Counted from the stretch's first letter, positions 48,038 through 58,502 are shown. The stretch is DNA of 64,000 nucleotides from Nitrosopumilaceae archaeon (GCA_965214835.1 CBDCCK010000002.1:736001-800000); one strand, 5' to 3'. Numbers and translations: made by a program. The notes: generated from the sequence alone by a model not told the origin.

Positions 48038-50164
48038 TCAGAGTGACGAATTTCGGAGTATATACGGCGACTTGCAGTCTGGACACTTGCCGGATAGCTT
48101 TTCGCCCTTAAAGCCGCACTGCCCGCAGATGGGTACAGGCTTGATCGGGGTAAAGGACGGTGTCAGGGCCGCGGCCTTTTCAATGGCCGCCTTGATGTCG
48201 GCAGTAGACGCATCCCCCTCAATGTCCAGCCTTACCGCAAGTCCCCCGTTGAGCGCCTTGGCAAGCCTGTTACACTGGGAGATCTCGTCGCTTTTTGCGG
48301 TGAGGCCGGCAACCCCTGCTGCAGGCAACGCCACGCCCTGGCTGTACGAGTCCGAGTCGGCCTCGCCAAGAATGGTGTTCTTGCCATATTTCTCGCCGTC
48401 CATGGCGGCAAACCTGGCGGCGCTCTCGCTGCCGATCATGCAGACTTTGACCTCGTCGCCCAGCTCCTTGCCCTTCTTGGCGGCCACGTCCACGGCCGTC
48501 TCGATTACCTTGTAGAGCACGCCGCGCCCGGCCCTGTCGTTTTGGTAGCCTAGGATGCTGAAGATGGCCTCCCTTAGGCCGACAAGATTGATGATCATGG
48601 ATACGGAACTCCTTTGCATGTATTGCGAGTTCTTGGCCAGGATCGGATTTAGTCCGCGCCTGGTCAGATCAGAGATGTCCTTCTTTCTCAAAGCCATCGA
48701 AGCCAGTGCCGGCTTCATCAGCAGCGCCAGTCTTGCCCTAAAGTAGGTCTCGTCCTTGTTTGACTCAAATGCAAGTCTTGGCAGGTTGATTGAAATGGAA
48801 TGCAGTTTGATTGACGAGGATGCTGCATGCCTTGACGAGTTGGTGATCCCCTTGCAGGATAGCTGCCCCTTTCCAAAGGTTACAATCCCTCCAAGTGAAA
48901 CGATTTCGGCCAGTTTCTCAGATACATCCGATACCCTGCCTTTGTCATGGTCTACTACCAGCCCGATCTTTGGCATTGGCGTCATCCTTGCATAGCTGCG
49001 ATATGCGTTCAGTATTGCGCCAATTGTCTTGTTTTCGGTTCCAAGCTGTAGGCGGACTGAGACGGTCGTTCCGGACTTGCTGTACTTTGAAGTTGTCGAT
49101 GCAGCTGCAAATGCGTTTACCAGCCTGTCTTCCAGCTCGGAGGCGTTTTTTGCATACTTTGAGAGTACCTGTGGCAGGCCGTCGATTACGACCTCCTGCG
49201 ATGCCTCCTTGGCAATCAACGAGATTGTAATGGACAGTGCGGTCGTAAGATCGCCCAGTGTCTTTGTTGCTGCTATCCTTGAAACGTCAAGGTATTTTCC
49301 GCCCAGATCCACGCCGTCATCAAGCAGATCCCTTGCGTTGATGAAGATGGTATCTGGAAGCAGTGACCAGACGCCGGGATTTTCGACATGCAGGTCGCCG
49401 GACAGGTGTGAGTCTACAACGTCCTTTGGCAGCGTATTGATCAAAAGATGCTCGCTGAAGATCCTCTGCCCTGTTTTGAACAGCAGTCCTTCGGCGCCAT
49501 TGTCGATATTGTCGACGTTTGAGACCATTTCCTGGACATCAAAGACGGGCATGCCCAGGCGTACAAGCTTGTTGCGGTACTCCTCGTGTCCGTGCTCAAG
49601 CAGGACGGAGTTTACCATCTCGCGGATCAGCGAGCCCGTAAGATAGGTTGTCTGATACTTGTAGATTCTGTTCTCGACCTCCTCGGTGATTTTTTGCGCC
49701 AGCTCCAGCGGAAGACTTCCCTCCCGGACAAGCGACTGGATGATTTTGTGTGAGTTGAATTCCTCGATTGACTCGTTTGATGATCTGACATACATCTTGC
49801 CGCTCTCAATGATCGATCTTTCCTCAACCTGCCTGGCAAGGCTCAGGACGAGCTTTCCGAGGTTTGTAATGGTGTACCTTCTCTCCGACTTGTTTAATGA
49901 GACAAGGGACTGCCTTAGGAGCTTTCGAAGGTGGTATGCAAACTTTCCGCTCTCCTTTTTGGACTTGAATCCCGCAAGGGATTTCAGCTCCGAGTACGTA
50001 AGGGGGCCTTTTGAGTTGAGAATTCTGAGGATGTCTATCCTGTTTGGGCTTGCCATCACAGAAAAGATCATTCTTACACGCTTTGACGTGGACTGTAGGA
50101 TGCTACCCCTCTTAGGCTCCGCTACCCCCTCGCTCAGTTCCATGCCTACACTAAAAAATTCCAC
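48038..50164 (-). CDS. ArsR-HTH plus ATP-cone plus NrdD-like barrel protein
   Basis: N-terminal wHTH (GKFAYHLRKL), ATP cone, HLSGDLHV, ISINLPRLA, INLVGLREA, C-terminal CxxC..CxxC. Confidence 0.75.
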   Translation of the reverse strand: MEFFSVGMELSEGVAEPKRGSILQSTSKRVRMIFSVMASPNRIDILRILNSKGPLTYSELKSLAGFKSKKESGKFAYHLRKLLRQSLVSLNKSERRYTITNLGKLVLSLARQVEERSIIESGKMYVRSSNESIEEFNSHKIIQSLVREGSLPLELAQKITEEVENRIYKYQTTYLTGSLIREMVNSVLLEHGHEEYRNKLVRLGMPVFDVQEMVSNVDNIDNGAEGLLFKTGQRIFSEHLLINTLPKDVVDSHLSGDLHVENPGVWSLLPDTIFINARDLLDDGVDLGGKYLDVSRIAATKTLGDLTTALSITISLIAKEASQEVVIDGLPQVLSKYAKNASELEDRLVNAFAAASTTSKYSKSGTTVSVRLQLGTENKTIGAILNAYRSYARMTPMPKIGLVVDHDKGRVSDVSEKLAEIVSLGGIVTFGKGQLSCKGITNSSRHAASSSIKLHSISINLPRLAFESNKDETYFRARLALLMKPALASMALRKKDISDLTRRGLNPILAKNSQYMQRSSVSMIINLVGLREAIFSILGYQNDRAGRGVLYKVIETAVDVAAKKGKELGDEVKVCMIGSESAARFAAMDGEKYGKNTILGEADSDSYSQGVALPAAGVAGLTAKSDEISQCNRLAKALNGGLAVRLDIEGDASTADIKAAIEKAAALTPSFTPIKPVPICGQCGFKGEKLSGKCPDCKSPYILRNSSL

Positions 50165-50206
50165 TAAATAAGAATTGTGAATTCCAAATGATGCGGGTGC
50201 ATTTGA

Positions 50207-50422
50207 TCAGCTCTCCTGCACATCAAGTGTGAACTCCGATGTGGACAGTGCTTGTCCGCAGGACGGACACTTTCCATTGTATGCACCGATCACGTCCTTT
50301 AATGACTTTAGCATTTTCATGCTGGTGATTTTTTCGCCGCATTTGCCGCATGCTACTTCTACCGACATAAGTGGGGGTGGTTTGACGGGATAATTAAGAA
50401 TCCGCTTGGATTTTTTTGGCAA
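50207..50422 (-). CDS. Small Zn-finger protein
   Basis: CGKC..CPSC. Confidence 0.65.
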   Translation of the reverse strand: MPKKSKRILNYPVKPPPLMSVEVACGKCGEKITSMKMLKSLKDVIGAYNGKCPSCGQALSTSEFTLDVQES

Positions 50423-50437
50423 TTACAGCAAATTATT

Positions 50438-50803
50438 TTACTGCTTTTCGATGAGGATTCCCCTGTTATCGAATCCGGTGATTTTCGCTCTGGCTCCAAC
50501 GGGAAGGTCCTCAGGGGAGCCGATTCCGGCCATAAAGCCAGAAACCCTCAAATCGACGCCGTCTAGCTTGAGCACGACCCAAGCATAGGGGGTATACTCC
50601 TCAAATCCCGCCGGAGGCACGGTTATTATGGTATAGGTTGCAACGCTTCCAACTCCCCTTACCGGATGGTTTTCAAACCCCTTGCTTCCGCAACCCCTGC
50701 AAAAGTATACGGTTGAGAGGTGCAGCTCCCCGCACCTTGTGCACTTGCGGGCTAGGACATTGCCTGCCTTGGCCTCGTCAACGAACTCTTGTTTTGCAGA
50801 CAT
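50438..50803 (-). CDS. DUF35 Zn-ribbon/OB-fold thiolase partner
   Basis: KCTRCG..CRGC, G.VATYT, PY; adjacent to the thiolase. Confidence 0.88.
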   Translation of the reverse strand: MSAKQEFVDEAKAGNVLARKCTRCGELHLSTVYFCRGCGSKGFENHPVRGVGSVATYTIITVPPAGFEEYTPYAWVVLKLDGVDLRVSGFMAGIGSPEDLPVGARAKITGFDNRGILIEKQ

Positions 50804-50805
50804 TT

Positions 50806-51960
50806 CTATACGCTTTCAAATACATGTACGGCGCAGCTTGCGCCCGTTGCGCCAAAGTTATGAGTCAGTCCGACGTGTGCGTCTTTAACGGCCCGCTCGC
50901 CTGCCTTGCCGGTCAGCTGATCGAAGACCTCGGCGACCTGGCCTACGCCTGTCGCGCCAATGGGATGGCCCTTTGACTTTAGCCCGCCGGAGGGATTGAT
51001 GGAGATTTCAGAGTTTAGCCTTGTTCTGCCCTCCGTTGCAGCCTTGGCACCCTCGCCCTTTTCAAAGAATCCCAGATCCTCGGTGTCGACTATCTCCGCA
51101 ATTGTAAAGCAGTCGTGAACCTCTGCAAAGTCAATGTCCTTTGCGGTGATGCCTGCCATCCTGTACGCCTTTTCGGCCGCAATCTTGGTGCTCGGGATTG
51201 TCGTCATGTGCTCCCTTCCCTGCAGCGCCGCAGGAGAGCCGCCGCGTCCCGAGCCGGTCACTCTGACATAGTCCTTGGAGTGCTCCCTTGCAAATTTTTC
51301 ATTGCACAGTATTACGGAGCTTGCGCCATCCGAAAACGGACAGCAGTCATAAAGTTTCAGGGGGCTCGCCACAACTGCGGAGCTGAGTACATCATCAACT
51401 GAGATTCTTTTTCTCAGATGTGCCTTTGGATTCAAGGCTCCGTTTTCGTGGTTTTTAACTGCTACGTTTGCAAAGTCCTCCTCGGTGGTTTTGAACTCGG
51501 TCAGGTACGCCCTGGCCATGGATGCAAACAGCCCGGGGAACGAGGCGCCTGCCTGTCCCTCGTAGAAGAAATCAGAGCAATATGAAAAGTAGGTCGTGGT
51601 CCATTCGGTACCCGTATGGGTCACCTTCTCGACGCCGGTTACCAAGACTGCGTCATAAAATCCCGCCGCGACGTTTGCAAACGCCTCCCTGAACGATACC
51701 GAGCCGCTTCCACACGCGGACTCGATGGACAGTGACGGCTTGTCGGGAATGCCCAGATTGCTCATCACCACGGGGCCCAGGTGGACCTGCCTGTCTGCAA
51801 TCCCAAACACGTTGGATATGTAGCCTGCCTCAATCTCCTTTGGATCGATTCCCGCGCCCTCAATGGCATCAACGGATGCCTGAACCGTGATGTCTGAAAT
51901 GCTGTCCTCTAATTTGCCGTATTTTGTGCTGCCTGCACCAAGAACGCAAACACTTTCCAC
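50806..51960 (-). CDS. Acetyl-CoA acetyltransferase (thiolase)
   Basis: ESACGSG, DCCPFSDG, EVHDCF, GHPIGATG. Confidence 0.93.
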   Translation of the reverse strand: MESVCVLGAGSTKYGKLEDSISDITVQASVDAIEGAGIDPKEIEAGYISNVFGIADRQVHLGPVVMSNLGIPDKPSLSIESACGSGSVSFREAFANVAAGFYDAVLVTGVEKVTHTGTEWTTTYFSYCSDFFYEGQAGASFPGLFASMARAYLTEFKTTEEDFANVAVKNHENGALNPKAHLRKRISVDDVLSSAVVASPLKLYDCCPFSDGASSVILCNEKFAREHSKDYVRVTGSGRGGSPAALQGREHMTTIPSTKIAAEKAYRMAGITAKDIDFAEVHDCFTIAEIVDTEDLGFFEKGEGAKAATEGRTRLNSEISINPSGGLKSKGHPIGATGVGQVAEVFDQLTGKAGERAVKDAHVGLTHNFGATGASCAVHVFESV

Positions 51961-52013
51961 AAATGTTGTTGACCGAGGTCCCTATAAAAATTCTTCAAAA
52001 ACATAATCAGGGT

Positions 52014-52469
52014 ATGGCCGGACACTCCAAGACAAAGACTGAAAGGACTGCAGGATCCAGGGCCGGATCCCGCCATGCCGTAAAGGCCACAAAGTCCGGC
52101 GTCAGGGATCTAAAGGCGGAGATCACGCAGTATTTTGATTCAGACGGCTATCTTTCATGGTCTGCAAAAAAGAAAAAATATCAGATCCTGGGCACCAACG
52201 CTCCAAAGGACGGACTAGCAGAGTGTCCCGAGTGCAAAATCGGCCAGCTGGTGGTAATCAGGTCCCCCAAGACAAAAAAGCGGTTCATAGGCTGCTCAAA
52301 CTATGGCAACGGCTGCAGGGCCTCGTCGCCGCTACTGCAAAAGGCAATGCTCAGGGTCACAAAGGCCAAGTGCAAGATCTGTGCGTGGCCGGTCGTTGTT
52401 TTCCGCTATTCCAGAAAGCAGGCGTGGACGAGGCGGTGCTCCAACATCAACTGCAGGCACCAGGGCTAG
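52014..52469 (+). CDS. Topoisomerase I-type C4 Zn-finger protein
   Basis: CPEC..G.L..IRS..RFIGCSNY..C. Confidence 0.75.
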   Translation: MAGHSKTKTERTAGSRAGSRHAVKATKSGVRDLKAEITQYFDSDGYLSWSAKKKKYQILGTNAPKDGLAECPECKIGQLVVIRSPKTKKRFIGCSNYGNGCRASSPLLQKAMLRVTKAKCKICAWPVVVFRYSRKQAWTRRCSNINCRHQG

Positions 52470-53275
52470 TCTTCAAAGTCGGCATAAAGATCGGTCCTGC
52501 GGTTCTCAAGCAGCGGCAGGGCCCTTCTCACCCTCTTGATCTGGGATCCGTCTATCTTGACAACTGCAAGGCCACGCCTCTTCCTCATGTCCAGGAGAAC
52601 CTTTCCATACGGATCAACGACGATGCTGCGCCCGCAGTAGATGTTTCCGACCTGATCAGGGGAGATGACAAAGCATCCGTTCTCGATTGCGCGCGTCCTG
52701 TTGATGGCAATCCAGTGCTCCTCCTTCATCTTGCCGCGCACCCATGCAGACGGGGCGACTAGGACCTCGGTTCCCGCGGCAGCCAGCTTTCTTGACATCT
52801 CCGGAAAGCGCAGGTCGTAGCAGATCATCATTCCGATTTTTCCGATTCTAGACGCCTGCGGCCCGGGAATCTGTGAGCCGGCTGCCAGTTTTTTTGATTC
52901 CCTGAATCCCAGCGCGTCGTAAAGGTGCACCTTGCGGTACTTGGAAACTAGCCTCCCCGAGGAGTCCATGAGAAAGGCAGTGTCAAAGACCTGTTTTTTT
53001 GACTCGCCTTTTTCATAAAGCGTTCCTACGACCTCGATGGAGCTTTCTTTGGCGGCCCGGGCGATCTCTTGTACAAAGGTCCCGGTGACCGGCTCTGCCA
53101 GCCTTGCCAACTCGGCAGGGGACTGCGTGGAGGGGGTGTAAAACATCATAAACTCCGGAAATGCGCAAAGTGAGGCCCCCCTTTTTGCAGCGTCCCTGAT
53201 GTACGCAATAATTTTTTCGAGGTTGGCCTCCTTGTCTGTGGATGCCCTGAGCTGCACCACTGCTACCTTTCTCAT
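52466..53275 (-). CDS. Carbon-nitrogen hydrolase (Nit-like)
   Basis: FPE, YRKVHLYD, ICYDLRFPE, RAIENG. Confidence 0.92.
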   Translation of the reverse strand: MRKVAVVQLRASTDKEANLEKIIAYIRDAAKRGASLCAFPEFMMFYTPSTQSPAELARLAEPVTGTFVQEIARAAKESSIEVVGTLYEKGESKKQVFDTAFLMDSSGRLVSKYRKVHLYDALGFRESKKLAAGSQIPGPQASRIGKIGMMICYDLRFPEMSRKLAAAGTEVLVAPSAWVRGKMKEEHWIAINRTRAIENGCFVISPDQVGNIYCGRSIVVDPYGKVLLDMRKRRGLAVVKIDGSQIKRVRRALPLLENRRTDLYADFED

Positions 53276-53309
53276 GGTGTCTGCATACAGGCCGGAAATA
53301 AAAATATGG

Positions 53310-53486
53310 TTAAAGCTGCCTGCCTGCAAGAAACCAGTTTTCCTTTGGGTTCTCGTCAAAGACAACTATGACGTGCTCCTCCCTTGTCTTTAGGATCTCG
53401 ACGGCCGACTTTGTTATGGCCCTGGCATAGTCTTCCTTCTGCTGCCGGGTTCTGCCCGGATACATTGAGACTGTGACTAGTGGCAT
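53310..53486 (-). CDS. 4-oxalocrotonate tautomerase family protein
   Basis: Pro-1 (MPLVTV), GRT..QK, ENW. Confidence 0.85.
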   Translation of the reverse strand: MPLVTVSMYPGRTRQQKEDYARAITKSAVEILKTREEHVIVVFDENPKENWFLAGRQL

Positions 53487-53520
53487 GGATGACATCCGGG
53501 CGGGGGGAATTTATTTTGAG

Positions 53521-54270
53521 CTAGTCCCCCTTCCACCCGTATCGCGTGCCGTATGTAAACTCGTTTCTGTGCATTTTCTTGTATGCAAGGCCCGTGGCGA
53601 CGCCGATTGCAAACCCGCCTATGTGTGCCATGAAGGCAACCCCGCCGCCCGCTACGCCGAATCCCCCGATCATAAACGGGATCAGGTTTTGGAAGATCAG
53701 CCAGAACGGCAGGAACCACCTGGCCTGGACATGGATGAAAAAGTAGAACATCAGCGTCAGGATTTTCGCGCGCGGGAAGATCACCAGGTAGGCGCCCAGT
53801 ATCCCGGAGATTGCGCCCGATGCGCCGACTGCCGGAATTATGCTGTTGGGATCAACGGCCATGTGGGCAAGTCCTGCGACGATCCCCCACATCAGATAGA
53901 TTGCAAGGAACTTTGCGCGTCCGAGCTTTAGCTCTATGTTGTCGCCAAATATCCACAGATACAGCATGTTTCCACCAAAGTGCATCAGGCCGCCGTGCAT
54001 GAACATGGAGCTAAGCAGGGTGGCATACTGCATGTCGGGGCACGGAATCCGGTACGGCCCGTTGCTGATGAAATCGGCACCGTTGATGCACGCGGGAACC
54101 GCGCCCCACTCGTAAAACAGCAGGGCGGCATTCTGGTTGGTAAAGTCAAAGAACTGTCCGGTTGCTGCCACCTCGTAAAAGAAGACGACTGCATTTGCGA
54201 TGATCAGCCCTATGGTCACCTTGGGCCGGTATCCCGGAGGGTGTGGGTTCTCATCGCGTAATGGGAGCAT
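53521..54270 (-). CDS. Rhomboid intramembrane serine protease
   Basis: SMFMHGG..H..GNMLYLWIFGDNIE, GASGA, AHIGG. Confidence 0.93.
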   Translation of the reverse strand: MLPLRDENPHPPGYRPKVTIGLIIANAVVFFYEVAATGQFFDFTNQNAALLFYEWGAVPACINGADFISNGPYRIPCPDMQYATLLSSMFMHGGLMHFGGNMLYLWIFGDNIELKLGRAKFLAIYLMWGIVAGLAHMAVDPNSIIPAVGASGAISGILGAYLVIFPRAKILTLMFYFFIHVQARWFLPFWLIFQNLIPFMIGGFGVAGGGVAFMAHIGGFAIGVATGLAYKKMHRNEFTYGTRYGWKGD

Positions 54271-54324
54271 GGGTTGTTCAGCTGAGTGGAAAAATCGTAT
54301 AATAGTTTTTGTCGGAGCCTCGTC

Positions 54325-54413
54325 GTAGGAGCTTGCCCCTGGGCGGCACTGCAGGCCGGAACCCCGATCACCATGCCCGCCACGCCGCATCCCCTAGAGG
54401 GGCAAACTCATGC
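54325..54413. mobile_element. IS66-derived MITE
   Basis: GTAGGAGCTTGCCCC ... GGGGCAAACTCATGC. Confidence 0.7.
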
Positions 54414-54497
54414 AGTAGGCGTCAGGGACGGTGCGGCCGTCGGCGCACACGTGATGGCGACTACCAGCAGGGGAAGTACGTACTGGATGGGCGCTCT

Positions 54498-54845
54498 TCA
54501 CACGTGCCCGGGATCGGGTGACCGACGGATGTTTCCCGGTGTGAGAGGTTCTTCTACAGGAATAGGCAGCTGTGCCGGCCCGCATGATCCCGGATGGAGG
54601 GGATGCCAGAGCGAAAAGGGATCCGAGACGGAGAGGGGGATATCAGTGACTAGCGAACATGACTCTAACATAACACCGCAGATAAGCTCCTGCAGGGCGC
54701 CCTCCTGTAGGCCATACTGCGACTGGATTTGGTAATATTCTGTAAATTCAGGATCCGAGGACTCGAATGTTTTATCTATCGGATCAGTATATCCGAGCCG
54801 TTCAAGCTCCACATCAGCTGCATCAAGGCTCATCTTTGCAGTCAA
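54498..54845 (-). pseudogene. Possible truncated GNAT-toxin-like gene
   Basis: N-terminus (..TFESSDPEFTEYY..) loosely resembles GNAT toxin starts; the rest looks non-coding. Confidence 0.3.
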
Positions 54846-54853
54846 AAGAGAAA

Positions 54854-54997
54854 TCAGTAGTTCCTCTTGATTTTTGAGGCGCGTTCCAGAGCTTTCTTTA
54901 CAGTGGCAATTGATTCATCGGTTGGGCCAGTTTTCAACATGTCTTGAACTTGGGCCCATTGTTTCTTATCCAGTGGCTTGACTTTTCTTAATGCCAA
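54854..54997 (-). CDS. Small basic protein, possible antitoxin
   Basis: Own translation (TTG start): MALRKVKPLDKKQWAQVQDMLKTGPTDESIATVKKALERASKIKRNY. Confidence 0.45.
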   Translation of the reverse strand: MALRKVKPLDKKQWAQVQDMLKTGPTDESIATVKKALERASKIKRNY

Positions 54998-55046
54998 GTT
55001 ATGACGATAACGGAATCATTATTTAAAACTGACACTTTTTGCAGTC

Positions 55047-55135
55047 ATAAGAGCTTGCCTCTCCCGAAGATACGGCCAGAGGGGCATGGTCATGAAGGCC
55101 CTGATCGAGTGCCGCCCAGGTGGTAAAGCCCTTAC
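55047..55135. mobile_element. Degenerate IS66-derived MITE
   Basis: ATAAGAGCTTGCCTC ... GGTAAAGCCCTTAC; interior resembles 3413-3494. Confidence 0.65.
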
Positions 55136-55260
55136 GGCATCATCCTGCACTGAACCTGACATTGCAGGCAGGGCAGAACCAGGACTCGCCTTCGCCCTGC
55201 TCTCGGAACATGAACCCCCTGCATCTGGGGCAGGGCCGGATCTCCTCGCTCAAAGGACGC

Positions 55261-55476
55261 CTAGGTCCATGACTTTGGGCCTTTTTTCCAGATTAGCTTG
55301 TCATCGATGTAGACCTTGTCTTTTTCCTCGAATACCGTGTGCCACTTGCCGTTGTGTGGAAACAGGCTGTTCATTTCCTCGACCTTGTCATGGGTGGGAG
55401 GCCTGTTCATTAGTGCGCCCCACTTCATGTCAGGGATCTTTGGCATGATATCATTGATGTCCTTCATCAGGCACAC
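55261..55476 (-). CDS. Small hypothetical protein
   Basis: 71-aa ORF abutting the upstream gene. Confidence 0.6.
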   Translation of the reverse strand: MCLMKDINDIMPKIPDMKWGALMNRPPTHDKVEEMNSLFPHNGKWHTVFEEKDKVYIDDKLIWKKGPKSWT

Positions 55477-57144
55477 CTAGACGGTAATTACTCCGTTTTC
55501 AATCAGCCATGCAATTCCGCTTACAAAGGCCTCATCGCCAATGATTCCCGCAGACCAAGCCCCTGCGGTGTCCTTTACCCAGCTTGGAACGGAGCTGGCC
55601 GCATCTCCTGCCACCTCGGCCGGAGGAATCACTATGACGCCGTTGTCGATCAGCCATTCAATTCCCAGGATAAAGGTAGAGTCGTCGATCACTCCCTGAG
55701 ACCAAGCTTGTGCGCTGGTTTTAATCCAGCCCGGAAGCCTGACCTCTGTTTCCTGTGTGGCGGTCTCTTTTACCATGCCAGATGACGGCCCCACCTCGAT
55801 CATGGCAGAGCCGACCCCGGAATACGTAGGATCAAAGTCCAGTCCCTGACCCAGAATCCAGACATCAATGCGGTAGGTATCCTGTGTCGGAATTGTAATC
55901 CTCTGAACATCGATTCCCTCTGATGCCTCAATTCCAAGACTGCCTGCATCGGTGCCGGCAGACATGATGGTCTCGTTGGTATCGTCGTTAATTACATAAT
56001 ATGCATACCTTACATCCCTGAGCAGGTTTTCCGACTCGTCAAAGAAGGCAAAGTCAAACGGAATCTCGTCGTTTACACCGTAGGCGCTGTCCCACGAGAT
56101 GTTTACAGTCGAGTTCACTCGTGCGCCGTCATCTAGATTGACCAGATAAAACTCTGCAGAGTTTCTTACGACCTCGCCCTGCGGGACTATCTCAAAGGAC
56201 ATCTTTTTACTGGCGTGGTTGTCAGGGCCAAGCTGCTGGTTTATTCTTTCCAGCTCAGGGCCGGTCACCAGAAAGTGAAGTATGTTGGTATCATTAAAGG
56301 AATATGGATCCAACAGCAGTACCCGGTTATCAACCTCTATGCCGTTTACATATCCCTTGAAGCTGGTTCCGTTTGCATAGGGATCAAAGGTTTTTGGGAA
56401 TCTGATTTCCTCGTGTACAACCTGCACCTGCGAGATGTATTCGGGATCCCAGTCAAATGGCATCTCAAACGTAACCGAGTCATCCTCACCAGAATAATCA
56501 AACGAGGTGATATCGTCATAGTATGTCTTGACAATTACCGGAACCTCCTGGGCCTGTGCGGTCTGTATTAGAAAGTCCTGCTCTTGGGCCACGCTTACAA
56601 AGGTCTCAAACTCCAATGGATCGGCTACTAGGGTCTTTGGGCTGGAGGCGCTCTCAATGATTGTCTTGATATTGTACAGTCCGCCCTTGTCAAATATCGG
56701 CCCCTTGATGACGGGTCGTCCCTCGCCCCTTGCAAACAGTCCGCCTGCAATGGTATGTTTCTCGCCAAAGTAGTCGGTGCACTCCCAAAGTTTGACTTCA
56801 CCGCATGAAAATACGGGCCTGACCTCCACATCAAGAGTCCCATCAACATCATAGAAGGTATTGCGTGCCAGCAGGTCGCCGCTGCGCCAAATCTCGATTC
56901 TGTACAACACGTCGTTTAGGGTGGCATTGGTAAGGGTGTCAAAGAACTTTATCTGCACGTTTGCATCATCTATCTCTCCAACAGTAATATCAGAAGGCGA
57001 AAGCTCGGTTCTGACCGTGACATCCATTCCCTCAAAGCTGATTGGAAGGGCCTGATCTGCGCCCAGTCCGTGACCATAGGCATCGGCGGCATACGGAATG
57101 GCAATGAATCCCAGCAGTGAAAAAACGAGTACGATCCTGTACAA
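55477..57144 (-). CDS. Secreted protein with two C-terminal (I/L)PxW(I/V)K..A..W surface-anchoring repeats
   Basis: Signal peptide, His at the mature N-terminus (AYGHG), repeats typical of Nitrosopumilaceae surface proteins. Confidence 0.75.
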   Translation of the reverse strand: MYRIVLVFSLLGFIAIPYAADAYGHGLGADQALPISFEGMDVTVRTELSPSDITVGEIDDANVQIKFFDTLTNATLNDVLYRIEIWRSGDLLARNTFYDVDGTLDVEVRPVFSCGEVKLWECTDYFGEKHTIAGGLFARGEGRPVIKGPIFDKGGLYNIKTIIESASSPKTLVADPLEFETFVSVAQEQDFLIQTAQAQEVPVIVKTYYDDITSFDYSGEDDSVTFEMPFDWDPEYISQVQVVHEEIRFPKTFDPYANGTSFKGYVNGIEVDNRVLLLDPYSFNDTNILHFLVTGPELERINQQLGPDNHASKKMSFEIVPQGEVVRNSAEFYLVNLDDGARVNSTVNISWDSAYGVNDEIPFDFAFFDESENLLRDVRYAYYVINDDTNETIMSAGTDAGSLGIEASEGIDVQRITIPTQDTYRIDVWILGQGLDFDPTYSGVGSAMIEVGPSSGMVKETATQETEVRLPGWIKTSAQAWSQGVIDDSTFILGIEWLIDNGVIVIPPAEVAGDAASSVPSWVKDTAGAWSAGIIGDEAFVSGIAWLIENGVITV

Positions 57145-57261
57145 GTATTGTAATTTGGTGTTTTTCCTTATTTAAGTATACGACTGAATTCCCACCGGTG
57201 CAAGGTCTGCCGGCACGGCAGATTTCATAATTTTTATTACTGGTTCTGGAAAATCCAAGGT

Positions 57262-58083
57262 GTGAGAATTCTTGCAGTCTTGTTGCTGGTACCGCTAATG
57301 ACAGTTCCTGCGTTTGCAGAAACGCTGCCCACAGATATAGGCAGCCTAGATGTGGAGTTTACAACGACGCCGGAAGACTTTGCGGCAGGAGAGGAGATCC
57401 GCATGAACTTGAACTTTATCAATCCGGTAACACAGACTACGCAGATTCACATCGACTACTATGTCACGGTACTTGAGGACGGAAAAGAGATTTTTGGCCC
57501 GACAAACAGGCTTCATACTGCAACAGGTGAGATAAGCATACCCATTCAATTCCAAAGGGACGGCCAGTATGAAGTCAGGGCGGAGGTGGACGGGATTTTG
57601 TGGAACAACATGCCGACAGAGACGGTCTCCTTCAGTGTCGCAGTCGGCCAGGAATCCGATGGTGCCGTTCCCCCGGAAACGAACGGGGACGACAACGGCT
57701 GTCTGATTGCGACGGCAGCATATGGCTCGGAGCTATCCGACGAGGTGCAGATGCTGCGGGAAATCAGGGATAACTCCCTGCTTGCGACAGATTCAGGCTC
57801 GGCATTTATGGCGGGATTCAACCAGATGTACTACTCGTTTTCTCCGGCAATTGCCGACTTGGAAAGGCAAAGTCCGGCATTCAGGGAATTGGTAAGGGCC
57901 GCCATAACTCCGCTACTTGCATCACTGTCCATACTGAACCATGTAAGCATGGATTCCGAAGGGGAGGTACTTGGATATGGCATCGGGGTGATAGTCCTTA
58001 ACCTGGGGATGTACATCGTACTGCCCCTAGCTGGAGTTCTAAAGCTGTGCCAGGTTCGCAAAAACCGTACAGGTCTGCCTTGA
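57262..58083 (+). CDS. CFI-box-CTERM domain surface protein
   Basis: Signal peptide; GCLIATAAYGS..VQMLREIRD..YYSFSP. Confidence 0.85.
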   Translation: MRILAVLLLVPLMTVPAFAETLPTDIGSLDVEFTTTPEDFAAGEEIRMNLNFINPVTQTTQIHIDYYVTVLEDGKEIFGPTNRLHTATGEISIPIQFQRDGQYEVRAEVDGILWNNMPTETVSFSVAVGQESDGAVPPETNGDDNGCLIATAAYGSELSDEVQMLREIRDNSLLATDSGSAFMAGFNQMYYSFSPAIADLERQSPAFRELVRAAITPLLASLSILNHVSMDSEGEVLGYGIGVIVLNLGMYIVLPLAGVLKLCQVRKNRTGLP

Positions 58084-58136
58084 TCCCATGCCATGCCGGA
58101 TAGCCCCGAACCCTTTGGTAGCATTGTTTATACCGC

Positions 58137-58502
58137 ATGATCCGATCATGGATCTCGTTGGTCGAGTATACCAGAATACAAAAGATCATAGAATCCTCAA
58201 GATCCCACAAGATACACTATATTTCCAAAAACCCCAACTTTGACTTTCCGGCGGTGTATCTGATCTCCAACTCCAGGGTCATCTATGTCGGCGAGACAAA
58301 CTCCCTGTACCACAGGATGGGGGAGCACCAGCACGGCATAGGACGCTACAGCCTTCTACCAAAGCTAGAAAAGTACGGGCTGTCCGTCGACATGTCCGCA
58401 TATCACGTGCAGTACATCAAGGTCGAGGAGTACAGGGAGAGAAAGTTTACAGAGGACATGCTAAAGTCCATGTACAGGCCGTATCTGAACTACCGCAGGT
58501 GA
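58137..58502 (+). CDS. GIY-YIG nuclease family protein
   Basis: PAVYLI..IYVGET.SL.HR..EH...E. Confidence 0.7.
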   Translation: MIRSWISLVEYTRIQKIIESSRSHKIHYISKNPNFDFPAVYLISNSRVIYVGETNSLYHRMGEHQHGIGRYSLLPKLEKYGLSVDMSAYHVQYIKVEEYRERKFTEDMLKSMYRPYLNYRR

